From NCBI GenBank assembly GCA_018304425.1, contig JAGVWE010000006.1, positions 3,175-67,174 of the forward strand: 64,000 bases of DNA. The letters run 5' to 3'. Below the pieces are notes generated by a model. The model was not told the DNA's origin. It searched no databases and saw only the letters and a program-made list of their open reading frames with translations. The position numbers and the translations under genes were made by a program. Shown here piece by piece: positions 1 through 9,545 of the stretch. The DNA is from Candidatus Iainarchaeum sp. Its GTDB lineage: Archaea; Iainarchaeota; Iainarchaeia; Iainarchaeales; UBA10219. Numbering within the stretch: the stretch's first letter is position 1; every line of letters starts with the position of its first letter.

Positions 1-962
1 TCAGTGAGAGCCGGGTACTGGTCACGGGAGTGAACGGCTTTGTCGGGGGATGGGTGGCCAGGCAGTTGCTCAACGAGGGCGCGGAAGTGACGGGGCTGGT
101 GAGGCACCCGACAAAAGACCGGGTGCTGCGGCTTCATTTAATCGAGGGCGAGGTCAGGCTACGCAAAGGCAATATAACCGACGCAAAAGGCGTTTTCGAG
201 GCGTTTAAAGCCGTACGGCCCGATGCGGTGGTGCACCTGGCGGCCCAGGCCTCGGCCCGCGTGCAAGGCAATGGCTTGGAGACCGAGCGCGTGAACGTCG
301 AGGGCACGGTGAACGTGTTGAACGCCTGCGTGGCCCTGGGCATTGAGAACGTGGTCGTGGCTTCCACGGGGAAAGCGTATGGCGAGCACGACCGGAAGCG
401 GGTCACGGAAGCAGGTGCCCTCCAAGCGCAGTCCGTGTACGGAGCCAGTAAGGCAGCCATGGACTTGTTGTCGCGGGCGTTCGCGGAGACGTATGGCTTG
501 AACCTTGCCGTGACGCGGTGTGGCAACGTGTATGGGCCCATGGACTTGTCCGCCGGCCGGTTGATTCCTTCCACGACGCTGAAGGCCTTGCGTGGAAGGA
601 AACCGGTCATCAACAACCGGGAGGCGAAGCGGGACTTCGTCTTCGTGAAGGACGTCGCGCGGGCCTATGCCCGCATCCTGGAAAGGATTGAACGGAGAAA
701 CGTGGCCGGGGAAGCGTTCAACCTCGCTTCCGGCAAGCAGCAACGCGTGGTGGACGTGGTGGAGCGCATTGGCGCGTTGACGGGGTGCCAGGCGAAACCG
801 GTTTTCAACCGGCTGGCAAGCGTCGAAGAACAGGAGCCGCTTTTCTCGGTGGAGAAGGCGGGGCGCGTGCTGGGCTGGAAGGCGGAAACGGGCTTCAGCG
901 AAGGGCTGGCAAGAACCGTTGAATGGATTAAGGAGAATAAATCGCTTTATCGGCCGAAATAA
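1..962 (+). CDS. NAD-dependent epimerase/dehydratase (extended SDR, nucleotide-sugar modifying); 5' end lies upstream of window
   Basis: Frame of ORF 30..962 stays open to nt 3 and encodes RVLVTGVNGFVGGW, a Rossmann GxxGxxG N-terminus, so the true start is upstream. Also has a YGASK catalytic-type motif and overall SDR epimerase architecture. Confidence 0.8.
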   Translation, partial: SESRVLVTGVNGFVGGWVARQLLNEGAEVTGLVRHPTKDRVLRLHLIEGEVRLRKGNITDAKGVFEAFKAVRPDAVVHLAAQASARVQGNGLETERVNVEGTVNVLNACVALGIENVVVASTGKAYGEHDRKRVTEAGALQAQSVYGASKAAMDLLSRAFAETYGLNLAVTRCGNVYGPMDLSAGRLIPSTTLKALRGRKPVINNREAKRDFVFVKDVARAYARILERIERRNVAGEAFNLASGKQQRVVDVVERIGALTGCQAKPVFNRLASVEEQEPLFSVEKAGRVLGWKAETGFSEGLARTVEWIKENKSLYRPK

Positions 963-979
963 GGCGTTTGCTGGGTTTG

Positions 980-987
980 TTTAAATA
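980..987 (+). promoter_or_regulatory. Candidate archaeal-type TATA box (tttaaata) upstream of hypothetical gene 1047..1490
   Basis: The octamer tttaaata sits in an AT-rich stretch of an otherwise GC-rich region. The same octamer recurs about 26-28 nt upstream of several other gene starts in this window. Confidence 0.3.
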
Positions 988-1046
988 ATTATTGCTGCAG
1001 TAATTGGTAACTTGCCCGCGGGAAGGGCAGGACTGTTTGAGGAGGC

Positions 1047-1490
1047 ATGGCATTGGTTGAGGGCGCAAGTCTGAAGCACATCCAGGTTGAAGGCGTTATC
1101 AGCGGAATGGACTTCGAGGACGGGGTCGTAATTGTCCAGGGCCCTGACGAGAAATACTTGAACAGCATCCTGGCCTTGTGCAAGCGCCGCTTCAACCAGT
1201 TCATGGTGGTTTCCAAGCAGAACCCCGCGGCAGCGGTGGAAGCGCTGCCCGTGCGCGAGATGACACACATCCTGACGGATGATGTGGAAGTAAAGGAGAA
1301 ATGCTCCATCCACTTCTCGGGTCCGGTGCACGCGGAATTCGAGTTCAGCGAGCAGGCCGGCATCCTGGCAGTCAACTTCACCAAGAAAGAGCTGGGTTCC
1401 TCCGGCAAGAAGGCAGGCGCGCCCCCCTCTGACTGGCTGGGCGGCCTCACGAAGAAGAAAGAGGAAAAGCCGGCCGCGCCCACGGCCTGA
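1047..1490 (+). CDS. Hypothetical protein (147 aa) with Lys/Glu-rich C-terminal tail
   Basis: Clean ORF with no recognisable motif. Preceded by a TATA-like element and followed by a T5 run. Confidence 0.45.
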   Translation: MALVEGASLKHIQVEGVISGMDFEDGVVIVQGPDEKYLNSILALCKRRFNQFMVVSKQNPAAAVEALPVREMTHILTDDVEVKEKCSIHFSGPVHAEFEFSEQAGILAVNFTKKELGSSGKKAGAPPSDWLGGLTKKKEEKPAAPTA

Positions 1491-1528
1491 GATTCTTTTT
1501 GCGTGGATAGTGAGGGTGAGTCAAGAAC

Positions 1529-2503
1529 ATGAGGCAAATCCTGGTCACGGGTGGCGCGGGCTTCATTGGCAGCAACTTCATCCGCTACTTGATGCAGGCA
1601 CAGCCCGGCATCCGCGTGGTGAACCTCGACAAGCTGACGTATGCGGGCAACAAGGACAACCTGCGGGACCTCGAACGAAACCCCCGCTACCGGTTCATCA
1701 AAGGCGATATATGCCTCCGGTACGCCGTAAAACAGGCGATTAAGGGGTGCGATGCGGTCATCAACTTCGCGGCGGAGAGCCACGTGGACCGGAGCATCCA
1801 CGACCCCATGCCCTTCGTGCGCACCGACATCCAGGGAACCCTGAACCTATTGGAGGAAGCCAGGACGCACAAGGTGGAACGATTCATTCAAATCTCGACC
1901 GACGAAGTGTATGGCTCCGTGGAAAAGGGTTCTTCCAGGGAAACCGATGCCTTGAAGCCGCGCAACCCCTACAGCGCGTCCAAGGCTGGCGCGGACTTGC
2001 TGGCCCTGAGTTATTTCACGACCTATGGCTTGCCGGTCCTGGTCACGCGGAGCTCCAACAACTTTGGCCCCTACCAATTTCCGGAAAAAATCGTGCCCCT
2101 GTTCCTCACCAACCTCTTGCGGGGCCGGAAGGTTCCCTTGTATGGGGATGGCAAAAACGTGCGCGACTGGCTGTACGTCTTGGACAACTGCACGGCCATT
2201 GAAAGGGTGTTGCTGGACGGCAAGCCCGGGGAAGTCTACAATGTGGGGGGCGGGAACGAAGTCAAGAACATCGATTTGGCGCGGCGACTGCTGAAGGGGC
2301 TGGGCCTGGACGAGGAAAGGATTGAGTGGGTGAAGGACCGGCCGGGCCACGACCGGCGCTACTCGTTGGACAGTTCGAAGATTAAGAAGCTCGGCTGGAA
2401 GCCCGCGCACAAGTTCGGGGACGCGTTAAAGGCCACCATGGACTGGTACAAGGCCCATAATGCCTGGTGGGAGCCATTGGTGCACAAGGGGAGAAACGCG
2501 TGA
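1529..2503 (+). CDS. rfbB: dTDP-glucose 4,6-dehydratase
   Basis: MRQILVTGGAGFIGSNF N-terminus and a YSASKAG catalytic motif. Length 324 aa and overall RmlB-family features. Confidence 0.9.
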   Translation: MRQILVTGGAGFIGSNFIRYLMQAQPGIRVVNLDKLTYAGNKDNLRDLERNPRYRFIKGDICLRYAVKQAIKGCDAVINFAAESHVDRSIHDPMPFVRTDIQGTLNLLEEARTHKVERFIQISTDEVYGSVEKGSSRETDALKPRNPYSASKAGADLLALSYFTTYGLPVLVTRSSNNFGPYQFPEKIVPLFLTNLLRGRKVPLYGDGKNVRDWLYVLDNCTAIERVLLDGKPGEVYNVGGGNEVKNIDLARRLLKGLGLDEERIEWVKDRPGHDRRYSLDSSKIKKLGWKPAHKFGDALKATMDWYKAHNAWWEPLVHKGRNA

Positions 2504-3234
2504 AGGGCGTGATTTTGGCGGGGGGCACCGGTTCGCGGCTGATGCCGCTGACGAAAGTAACCAACAAGCACCTGCTGCCGGTGTATGACCGGCCGATGAT
2601 TTTTTATCCCCTGCAGACCTTGAAGGACGCGGGCATCAAGGACATTTTGGTGGTAACGGGAATGCATCACGCCAGCGCGGTGTCCGCGCTGCTGGGTTCC
2701 GGGAAAGAGTATGGCGTGCGGTTTTCCTACAAGCTGCAGAAAGAGGCGGGCGGGCTCCCGCAGGCCATCGCCTTGGCCGAGGACTTCGTCGGCGGAGGCA
2801 AATTCGTGTCCATCAACGGCGACAACCTCTTGTTCGAGAACATCAAGCCCTTCGTCAAGAAATTCGCGAAAGGGCGGGAACAGGCCCGCATCCTGCTGGC
2901 GAAAACCACGCGCGAAGAGGCGAAGAAGGCCGGGGTGGCCGTGTTCAAGCGGGGAAAGATTGTCGACCTGGTCGAGAAGCCGAAGGACCCGCCCACGAAC
3001 TGGGTGAGCATTGGCGTGTATATGTATGGCCCCGATGTCTTTGACATTATCCGGACGCTGAAGCCGTCCAAGCGCGGGGAGCTGGAGATAACGGACGTGA
3101 ACCGCGCCTATTTGGCGCGCGGGACGCTGAAGTACGACCGGCTCCGCAAGGGCTGGATGGATGCCGGAACGATTGACGAGCTGTGGCGGGCGAACAGGGT
3201 CATGCGGGAATTGACGCGTAAAGCCCGCCAATAG
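2500..3234 (+). CDS. Sugar-1-phosphate nucleotidyltransferase (short-form glucose-1-phosphate thymidylyltransferase-like)
   Basis: GTG at 2500 overlaps the rfbB stop in a GTGA arrangement. VKGVILAGGTGSRLMPLT is the G-x-G-T-R-L nucleotidyltransferase signature. About 245 aa. The track ORF 2467..3234 is the same frame. Confidence 0.8.
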   Translation: MKGVILAGGTGSRLMPLTKVTNKHLLPVYDRPMIFYPLQTLKDAGIKDILVVTGMHHASAVSALLGSGKEYGVRFSYKLQKEAGGLPQAIALAEDFVGGGKFVSINGDNLLFENIKPFVKKFAKGREQARILLAKTTREEAKKAGVAVFKRGKIVDLVEKPKDPPTNWVSIGVYMYGPDVFDIIRTLKPSKRGELEITDVNRAYLARGTLKYDRLRKGWMDAGTIDELWRANRVMRELTRKARQ

Positions 3235-3333
3235 ACGCAATGAAAGGGTTTTACTGGTACAATGGTCGAAGAAAAATAATAAGTATATATAGGGGTAGGC
3301 CGTTATCTTAGTAGAACAAGGGGAGCTTGCAGG

Positions 3334-4785
3334 ATGAGACTCAAGGTTTTGACGCTTAATCCGCCGTTTTTTCCCAAGTACTCGCGGGAATCGCGCTCGC
3401 CTTCGGTGACCAAGGGCGGCACGACCTATTACCCGATGTGGCTCGCGTATGCCACGGGCGTGCTGATGAAGGAAGGCTTCAACACCCGGATGGTGGATGC
3501 CGCGGGGGCCTGCAAGACCAAGGAAGAGGTAACGGACATCATCCGGCACATGAAGCCCGATTACATCGTCACCTACACCTCGACGGGTTCGGTGGTGAAC
3601 GACGCGGAATACATCCAGAGCGTGAAGGATGAGGGCCTGGACTTTTACTCGGTGTTCGTGGGGCCGCACGCGACCGCGACCCCGGTGGAGACCCTGAAAC
3701 TCAATGACGCCATGGACGCGGTTGCGCGAAGCGAGTTCGACTACATCGTGCGCGACCTGGCGTTCGAGCTGGAAAAGGGCCAGCCGGACTTGTCAAAGGT
3801 CCGGGGCCTCAGCTTCAAGGGCTCGGACGGAAAAATCAGGCACAACGAGCCCATGGACCCCATCGAGAACCTGGATGAGATCCCCTTCGTGTCCAAGGTC
3901 TACAAGCGGTTCCTGAACATCTGGGATTACTTTTACTCGGCCAACCTGTATCCGGAAGTGCAGATTGTCACGGGCCGGGGCTGCCCGTATAGGTGCACGT
4001 TCTGCCACTGGCCGCAGACCATGACCGGGAGAAAGTTCCGGACGCGCTCCATCGAAAACGTGATGGACGAGTTCGACTACATCGAGAAGACCTTTCCGGG
4101 CCTGGGCGAGGTGTTTTTGGAGGATGACACGTTCACGCAGGACCGCAAGCGCGTCAAGGAATTCTGCGAGGCGAAGGCCAGGCACGGCAACGGGCTGGTG
4201 TGGAGTTGTAACGCGCGCGCGGACGTGGACTTGGAGACCTTGAAGGCCATGAAAACCGCGAACTGCCGGCTGGTCTGCGTGGGCATCGAGTCCGGCGTCC
4301 AGGAAGTCCTGAACAACGTCAAGAAGGGCACGACCGTGGAGGGCATCCGCAAGTTTTTCAAGAACACCAAGGAAGCCAATGTCCTGGTGCACGGCTGCTT
4401 CATGCTGGGCAACAAGGGCGACACCAAGGACACGATCAAGAAGACCATCGAGTTCGCGAAGGAGTTGAACCCGGACACGAGCCAGTTCTTTCCCTTGATG
4501 GTGTACCCGGGCACGGAAGCCTATGAGTGGGCCAAGGAACAGGGGCACCTGAAGACCAATGACTACGCGCAGTGGCTGAACGCGGAGGGAGGGCACAACA
4601 CCATCATCGATAGGCCGGGGTTGACGCACGAGGAACTCGTGCAGATGTGCAACGACGCGCGCACGGAATATTATTTCAGGCCCAACTACATGGCGACCAA
4701 GGTCAAGCAGGTGCTGACCCTGCCCATGGAAAGGCGCCGCATCCTCAAGGCGTTCCAGGTGTTCGTCAAGCAGTTGGGCAAGTAA
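3334..4785 (+). CDS. B12-binding (class B) radical SAM enzyme
   Basis: N-terminal Rossmann-like B12-binding region followed by VTGRGCPYRCTFCHWP (a CxxxCxxC motif) and a full radical-SAM core. 483 aa. Confidence 0.85.
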   Translation: MRLKVLTLNPPFFPKYSRESRSPSVTKGGTTYYPMWLAYATGVLMKEGFNTRMVDAAGACKTKEEVTDIIRHMKPDYIVTYTSTGSVVNDAEYIQSVKDEGLDFYSVFVGPHATATPVETLKLNDAMDAVARSEFDYIVRDLAFELEKGQPDLSKVRGLSFKGSDGKIRHNEPMDPIENLDEIPFVSKVYKRFLNIWDYFYSANLYPEVQIVTGRGCPYRCTFCHWPQTMTGRKFRTRSIENVMDEFDYIEKTFPGLGEVFLEDDTFTQDRKRVKEFCEAKARHGNGLVWSCNARADVDLETLKAMKTANCRLVCVGIESGVQEVLNNVKKGTTVEGIRKFFKNTKEANVLVHGCFMLGNKGDTKDTIKKTIEFAKELNPDTSQFFPLMVYPGTEAYEWAKEQGHLKTNDYAQWLNAEGGHNTIIDRPGLTHEELVQMCNDARTEYYFRPNYMATKVKQVLTLPMERRRILKAFQVFVKQLGK

Positions 4786-4840
4786 GCCGGTTTGAATCCT
4801 TCAACCCAAGCCTTTTATTCTCTTTTTCCCTAATGGGGGC

Positions 4841-6502
4841 GTGAAGCCCAAGCTCAAACCCATCCAAGCCGTTGCCCGCAAGGCCGGCCTCCCCCTTGCT
4901 TTTCTCGAGCCCTATGGCAGGGGCAAGGCCAAAATCGATTGGCGGGTGTTAAAGCGCTTGAAAGGCCGGAAGGACGGCAAGCTCATCCTGGTTTCCTCCA
5001 TGAACCCCACCCGCTTTGGAGAGGGAAAAACCGTGACCACTATCGGATTAGCGCAGGCGTTGGCGCGGCTGGGCAAGAAGGCCCTGATTTGCCTGCGGCA
5101 GCCCAGCATGGGCCCGGTGTTTGGCGTGAAGGGCGGGGCCACGGGTGGCGGGAAGTCGAAGGTCGAGCCCGCTGAAGACATTAATTTGATGTTCACGGGC
5201 GACATCGCCGCGGTCTCGGCAGCTGCGAACCTGTTGGCGGCCCTCATTGACAATCACTTGGCGCGCGGCAACAAACTGGGGCTGGACCCGGATCGGATTG
5301 CGTGGCCGCGCGCCCTGGACGTGAACGACCGCGCCTTGCGCGATATCACGGTGTGCCAGGGAACCAACGTGTGCGTGGAACACGAAAGCCATTTCGTGAT
5401 TTCCGCGGCCTCGGAGGTCATGGCGTGCCTGTGCCTGGCAAACGACTTGACGGAGTTGAAGGAGATGCTGGGAAGCATTGTGGTCGGTTACTCTCGGAAG
5501 GGAGGGACCGTGCGTGCGGTGCGCGCGCGGCAGTTGAAGGCGGCTGGGGCCATGGCGGCCATTCTCCGCGATGCCTTGAAGCCCAACCTCGTGCAGTCCA
5601 CGGAGGGCATACCTGCCTTCGTGCACGGAGGACCTTTCGCAAACATCGCGCACGGCACCAACTCGGTGCTCGCGACCCGGCTGGCGTTGAAGCTGGCCCA
5701 TGGAGGCCATGTGGTAACCGAGGCCGGCTTTGGCTCGGACCTGGGTCTGGAAAAGTTCATGGACATCGTTTCCAGGAAAGCCGGTTATAAGCCGGATTGC
5801 GTGGTTTTAGTGGCTTCGTTGAAGGCTTTGAAGCACCATGGCGGGGCTAGGGAACCGGAGAAACGGAATCAGGCGGCGCTGGAGCAGGGGTTTGCCAACC
5901 TCGAAAAGCATGTGGAGAACGCGGCCTTGTTCGGTTTGCCGTGTGTCGTGGCCATCAACCGCTTCCCGCTGGACTCCGCGCAGGAAACCGAGTGGGTCCG
6001 GGGAAAATGCGCCGCACTGGGCGTGGAAGCGGTTCCATCCAGGGTGTTCGCGGAGGGTGGAAGAGGTGGGGAGGAGTTGGCGCGCGCGGTGCTGAAGGCG
6101 GTGCAGCGACCAGGGCAGCGGCCTGGGAGGGCGCACGCCCTGTATTCCTTGCAGTGGCCGTTGAAGAAAAAAATCGAGGCCATTGCCACGCATGTGTATG
6201 GCGCTGGCAGGGTGACGTTTTCGGCGGAGGCACGCAGGGACTTGAAGCGGCTGGAGGCGCTCGGCTTTGGCCGGCTGCCCGTGTGCGTGTCCAAGACGCA
6301 GTACTCGTTGAGCGATGACCCTGAAAAACGGGGGAGGCCGCGCGGGTTTTCGCTGCGCGTGCGCGGGGCCCAGGTTTCGGCGGGAGCCGGCTTCGTCGTC
6401 GTGTACGTCGGTGACCTGATTTCCTTGCCGGGTCTGCCGGAAAAACCGGCCGCAGAAAGGATGGACGTCGACGAGAAAGGCGAGGTCACGGGCTTGTTTT
6501 AG
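4841..6502 (+). CDS. fhs: Formate--tetrahydrofolate ligase
   Basis: PTRFGEGKTVTTIGL P-loop, QPSMGPVFGVKGGATGGG and NLMFTGDI motifs are diagnostic of FTHFS. 553 aa with a GTG start. Confidence 0.9.
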   Translation: MKPKLKPIQAVARKAGLPLAFLEPYGRGKAKIDWRVLKRLKGRKDGKLILVSSMNPTRFGEGKTVTTIGLAQALARLGKKALICLRQPSMGPVFGVKGGATGGGKSKVEPAEDINLMFTGDIAAVSAAANLLAALIDNHLARGNKLGLDPDRIAWPRALDVNDRALRDITVCQGTNVCVEHESHFVISAASEVMACLCLANDLTELKEMLGSIVVGYSRKGGTVRAVRARQLKAAGAMAAILRDALKPNLVQSTEGIPAFVHGGPFANIAHGTNSVLATRLALKLAHGGHVVTEAGFGSDLGLEKFMDIVSRKAGYKPDCVVLVASLKALKHHGGAREPEKRNQAALEQGFANLEKHVENAALFGLPCVVAINRFPLDSAQETEWVRGKCAALGVEAVPSRVFAEGGRGGEELARAVLKAVQRPGQRPGRAHALYSLQWPLKKKIEAIATHVYGAGRVTFSAEARRDLKRLEALGFGRLPVCVSKTQYSLSDDPEKRGRPRGFSLRVRGAQVSAGAGFVVVYVGDLISLPGLPEKPAAERMDVDEKGEVTGLF

Positions 6503-6596
6503 GCGCACCGGAAATGCGGTTGGTTGCGACTTTTTAAAGGGGTGGTGGCATAGCCCATTGGCTGGCTCCGTTTCGCCTATGAGGAGGGAATAGGCT

Positions 6597-6973
6597 ATGC
6601 GGCGGATTTACCTGGACACGAACGTGTTCATCTCCTGGGTCCAAATAGAACTTGGAAAGGGATGGCGGGGGCTCTTTTCGGAAGCGGAATTATTCATGGA
6701 CAAAGTAAAGCCGGCGGAGATATTGTAGTGCTCTCAGACTGGTTTTTTGCCGAAGTTGAACGGGCGGGGTACTGGACCAGGCTGGAAGTATTGCACCATT
6801 TCGAGAAGAACGGCGTGAACGTAGAGATAGTTGAACCTAAAGCACAATTGAACGTAAGAGAATGGCAGAGGTTAGGCATTCCACGGTCTGATGCGGTACA
6901 CGCCGCAATTGCGGCGTATGCCCGATGCGATTGCCTCGTCACATTTAACGTCCGGGATTTCGAGCCAGCTTAA
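6597..6973 (+). pseudogene. PIN-domain (VapC-like) gene disrupted by a frameshift in a G-run
   Basis: ATG at 6597 encodes MRRIYLDTNVFISWV, a PIN N-terminus, and hits a stop after 44 codons. The remainder of the PIN domain (DIVVLSDWFFAEVER ... CLVTFNVRDF) continues in the +2 frame (track ORF 6662..6973). The frames switch at ggcggggg, positions 6664-6671. Confidence 0.5.
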
Positions 6974-7002
6974 AGCAGAATAAAGGTTTATGAGCCAAAA
7001 GA

Positions 7003-7305
7003 CTATTCGTAAACCCAACCCTTTTCCTTCATGTATTCCTTTGCCCATTTGTTGCGTTGGGCCTTGGTTGGTTTGCGGCCATTCCATCCCCTGGACCTTG
7101 CGATGGCTGCAAGCGCTTGAGCGGATTCATGGAGGGCTAACAGGCTGGGGTTATCCTTAATCAATTCAACATAGTTTTTCCGGATGGAATCCTTAATGAA
7201 CTCGCTGCGGGAAGAATACAATTTGGATCGTGCAATGAGGTCATCCAGCGTGCGCGCGTAATCGGCGTTCACGGCAACCGTCAGCATCTTCGTCTTCCCC
7301 GCCAT
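7003..7305 (-). CDS. Ribbon-helix-helix (CopG-family) DNA-binding protein
   Basis: KMLTVAVNADYARTLDDLIARSKLYSSRSEFIKDSIR has the beta-strand, helix, helix pattern of RHH antitoxins and regulators. 100 aa. Convergent with the PIN pseudogene. Confidence 0.5.
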   Translation of the reverse strand: MAGKTKMLTVAVNADYARTLDDLIARSKLYSSRSEFIKDSIRKNYVELIKDNPSLLALHESAQALAAIARSRGWNGRKPTKAQRNKWAKEYMKEKGWVYE

Positions 7306-7456
7306 GATAACCTGTTAATAACAGGCTATTAAAGCCCTTTCGGTCGGGTTTTAAGGCCGCGAACCGCCTGTTCTTCCAGGATTGTACCAAACCCTTATTA
7401 TTTAAGGCTTCGCCAAGGAGAGTATGAAAGGCGTTTAACGGGTTCTAGGTGCTTGA

Positions 7457-8434
7457 ATGGGCTTACAGGCGAGCGTCATCATCCCGGTCTACAACGGGGC
7501 GGAAACCATTGCGGCCTGCATCGACTCGGCGTTGAAGCAGGACTTCAAGAGCCGGTACGAGGTCATTGTCGTCGACGACGGCAGCACGGACCAGACCGGG
7601 GAAATCGTGGAAGGCTTTGGCCGAAAAGTCAAACTGATTTCCCAAAAGAACCGGGGGCCCGCGGCTGCGCGCAACGCGGGCGCGAGGGCGGCAAAAGGCG
7701 AGTTCATCGTCTTCATGGACGACGACTGCCAGGCCGACAAGCATTGGCTGGCGGAAATGCTGTGGCCCTTTGAGAGCCCGGAAGTCGTGGGCGTCCAGGG
7801 CCGGTACAAGAACCGGCAACGCGAAATCGTGGCACGGCTCATCCACTTGGAGATAGCGGAACGGTATGAGAAGCTGCGCCAGCAACGGTTTGTCGACCAC
7901 ATTGGAACTTATTCGGCTGCCTACCGGAGGGAAACCTTTTTGAAGTGCAAGGGCTTCGACGAAAAGTTTTCGATTGCCTCCGGCGAAGACATTGACCTGA
8001 GTTACCGCCTCGCGGAAAAGGGGTTCAAGCTGGTGTTCAACTGGAATGCCGTGGTGTGGCACCAACACCCTACCTCTGCCTGGCACTACTTTAAGGTCAA
8101 GTTTTGGCGGGCCTACTGGCGCGTGCGGATGTACAAGAAACACAAACGGAAAATCGTGCAGGATTCCTATACCTCGCAGAACGTTAAACTGCAGATTGGC
8201 CTCTTTTACGTGTTTTTAATCGGCCTGGCAGGGCTTTTTTTCACGCAAAAGGCCTTGATAGTCGTGGCCCTGACGGCTTTGGCCTGGTTCCTGTCCATTA
8301 CCAAGTTCTGGGCCTATGCCCTCGGAAAAGACCCCCTGGTTGGGCTTATAACCCCGGTATTCCTGGCCATTAGGACCCTGGTGTTTGGCGTGGGCTTCGC
8401 CTATGGCGTGCTCCGGGAAGGGGTTCTTGGATGA
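7457..8434 (+). CDS. Family 2 glycosyltransferase with C-terminal transmembrane segments
   Basis: SVIIPVYNGAETIAACIDS, VVDDGSTD and FMDDDC are GT-A/GT2 DxD-type motifs. The C-terminal third is hydrophobic. Confidence 0.85.
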   Translation: MGLQASVIIPVYNGAETIAACIDSALKQDFKSRYEVIVVDDGSTDQTGEIVEGFGRKVKLISQKNRGPAAARNAGARAAKGEFIVFMDDDCQADKHWLAEMLWPFESPEVVGVQGRYKNRQREIVARLIHLEIAERYEKLRQQRFVDHIGTYSAAYRRETFLKCKGFDEKFSIASGEDIDLSYRLAEKGFKLVFNWNAVVWHQHPTSAWHYFKVKFWRAYWRVRMYKKHKRKIVQDSYTSQNVKLQIGLFYVFLIGLAGLFFTQKALIVVALTALAWFLSITKFWAYALGKDPLVGLITPVFLAIRTLVFGVGFAYGVLREGVLG

Positions 8435-9534
8435 AAGTCCTGCACGCCGTGCACCACTTCGCTCCCTGCGTGGGCGGCCTGGAACGCGTGGCCCTGGACA
8501 GTTGCCTGGCCTTGAAGGCCCGCGGCCATGACTGCAGGGTCGTGTGCCTCGACAAGTGCTCGAAAGCCGAAACCCGGTTGCCGGCCAGGGAAACCGTGCA
8601 AGGCATTGAAGTCCAGCGCGTGCCCTTTTTCGACTTGAACTATTACAAGGTCGCGCCCCGCATCCTCGAAGCCGCGGAAGGCGTTGACTTGATTCACGTG
8701 CACGGCATTGGCTTCTTCTCGGACTGGTTCCTGTTGACCAAGTTCCTGCACCGCAAGCCGGTGGTTGTTTCCACGCATGGAGGCGTCTTCCACACCCGGA
8801 ACCTGGGCCTTGCCAAGGGACTCTACTTCCAGGTCGTGCAACGGCTGCTGCTGGGCCTCGCGGACGCCGTGCTCGCGGTGAGCAAAAACGACCTGGCCTT
8901 GTTCCAAGGCATTTGCCCGAAAACCGTGTTGCTGGAGAACGCGATTGACGCCGACAAGTTTTCGAAGGTCATTCCCGGCGCGAAGACCAATTGGCTGTTC
9001 GTGGGCCGGTTGGCGGGCAACAAGCGGTTGGACCGGCTCATTGAAACGGTCTGGCACCTGAAGAACGACGTGCCCGGCCTCAAATTGTTCCTCGTGGGAG
9101 ACGACTTCGGCGGCTTGACGCCGAGACTCCAGGCCCTGGCCCGGCAACTGAGCGTGCAGCGGAACGTGGAATTCTGCGGCCCGGCCTCCGACCGGGAATT
9201 GAAGGCGTATTTCGCGAAATGCGGGTTGTTCGTCTCCGCGTCCGAGTACGAGGGCTTTGGGTTGAGCGTGCTGGAAGCCATGTCCGCCGGCCTGGTTCCA
9301 GCCGTGCAAAAAAACGAGGCCTTCCGGCACGTGGTCCGGCACGGGGAAAACGGTTTCCTCTTGGACTACTCGAAGCCGGAACTCGCGGCCGAGGAACTCC
9401 ACGAAATCCTGAAGCTTCCCGCCAAGAAGCTCGCGGAAACCGGGAAGGCCGCGCGCGCCGCCGCACAGGGCTTTGACTGGGGCCAGCGCGTGAAGGAACT
9501 CGAAGCCGTGTACCAGCAAGCGGTAAAACGTTAA
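8431..9534 (+). CDS. Family 4 glycosyltransferase (GT-B)
   Basis: ATGA overlap with the upstream gene. Has a GT4 C-terminal EGFGLSVLEAMSAGLVP (E-x7-E-like) motif. 367 aa. Confidence 0.85.
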   Translation: MKVLHAVHHFAPCVGGLERVALDSCLALKARGHDCRVVCLDKCSKAETRLPARETVQGIEVQRVPFFDLNYYKVAPRILEAAEGVDLIHVHGIGFFSDWFLLTKFLHRKPVVVSTHGGVFHTRNLGLAKGLYFQVVQRLLLGLADAVLAVSKNDLALFQGICPKTVLLENAIDADKFSKVIPGAKTNWLFVGRLAGNKRLDRLIETVWHLKNDVPGLKLFLVGDDFGGLTPRLQALARQLSVQRNVEFCGPASDRELKAYFAKCGLFVSASEYEGFGLSVLEAMSAGLVPAVQKNEAFRHVVRHGENGFLLDYSKPELAAEELHEILKLPAKKLAETGKAARAAAQGFDWGQRVKELEAVYQQAVKR

Positions 9535-9545
9535 AGGGTTTCGGT

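Noticed and set aside
134-743. Long antisense ORFs (134..616 -, 159..743 -) overlapping the first epimerase gene, and many similar overlapping ORFs throughout (e.g. 989..1801 -, 2359..3669 -, 8401..9519 -, 20908..22428 -, 60335..61690 -, 63054..63851 -)
   Set aside because: High GC content suppresses stop codons. These ORFs have no recognisable motifs and are out of frame or antisense to genes with clear signatures.
7003-7305. RHH protein as cognate antitoxin of the PIN pseudogene at 6597..6973
   Set aside because: The genes are convergent rather than co-oriented with antitoxin upstream, so a cognate pairing is unlikely. They may be remnants of separate modules.
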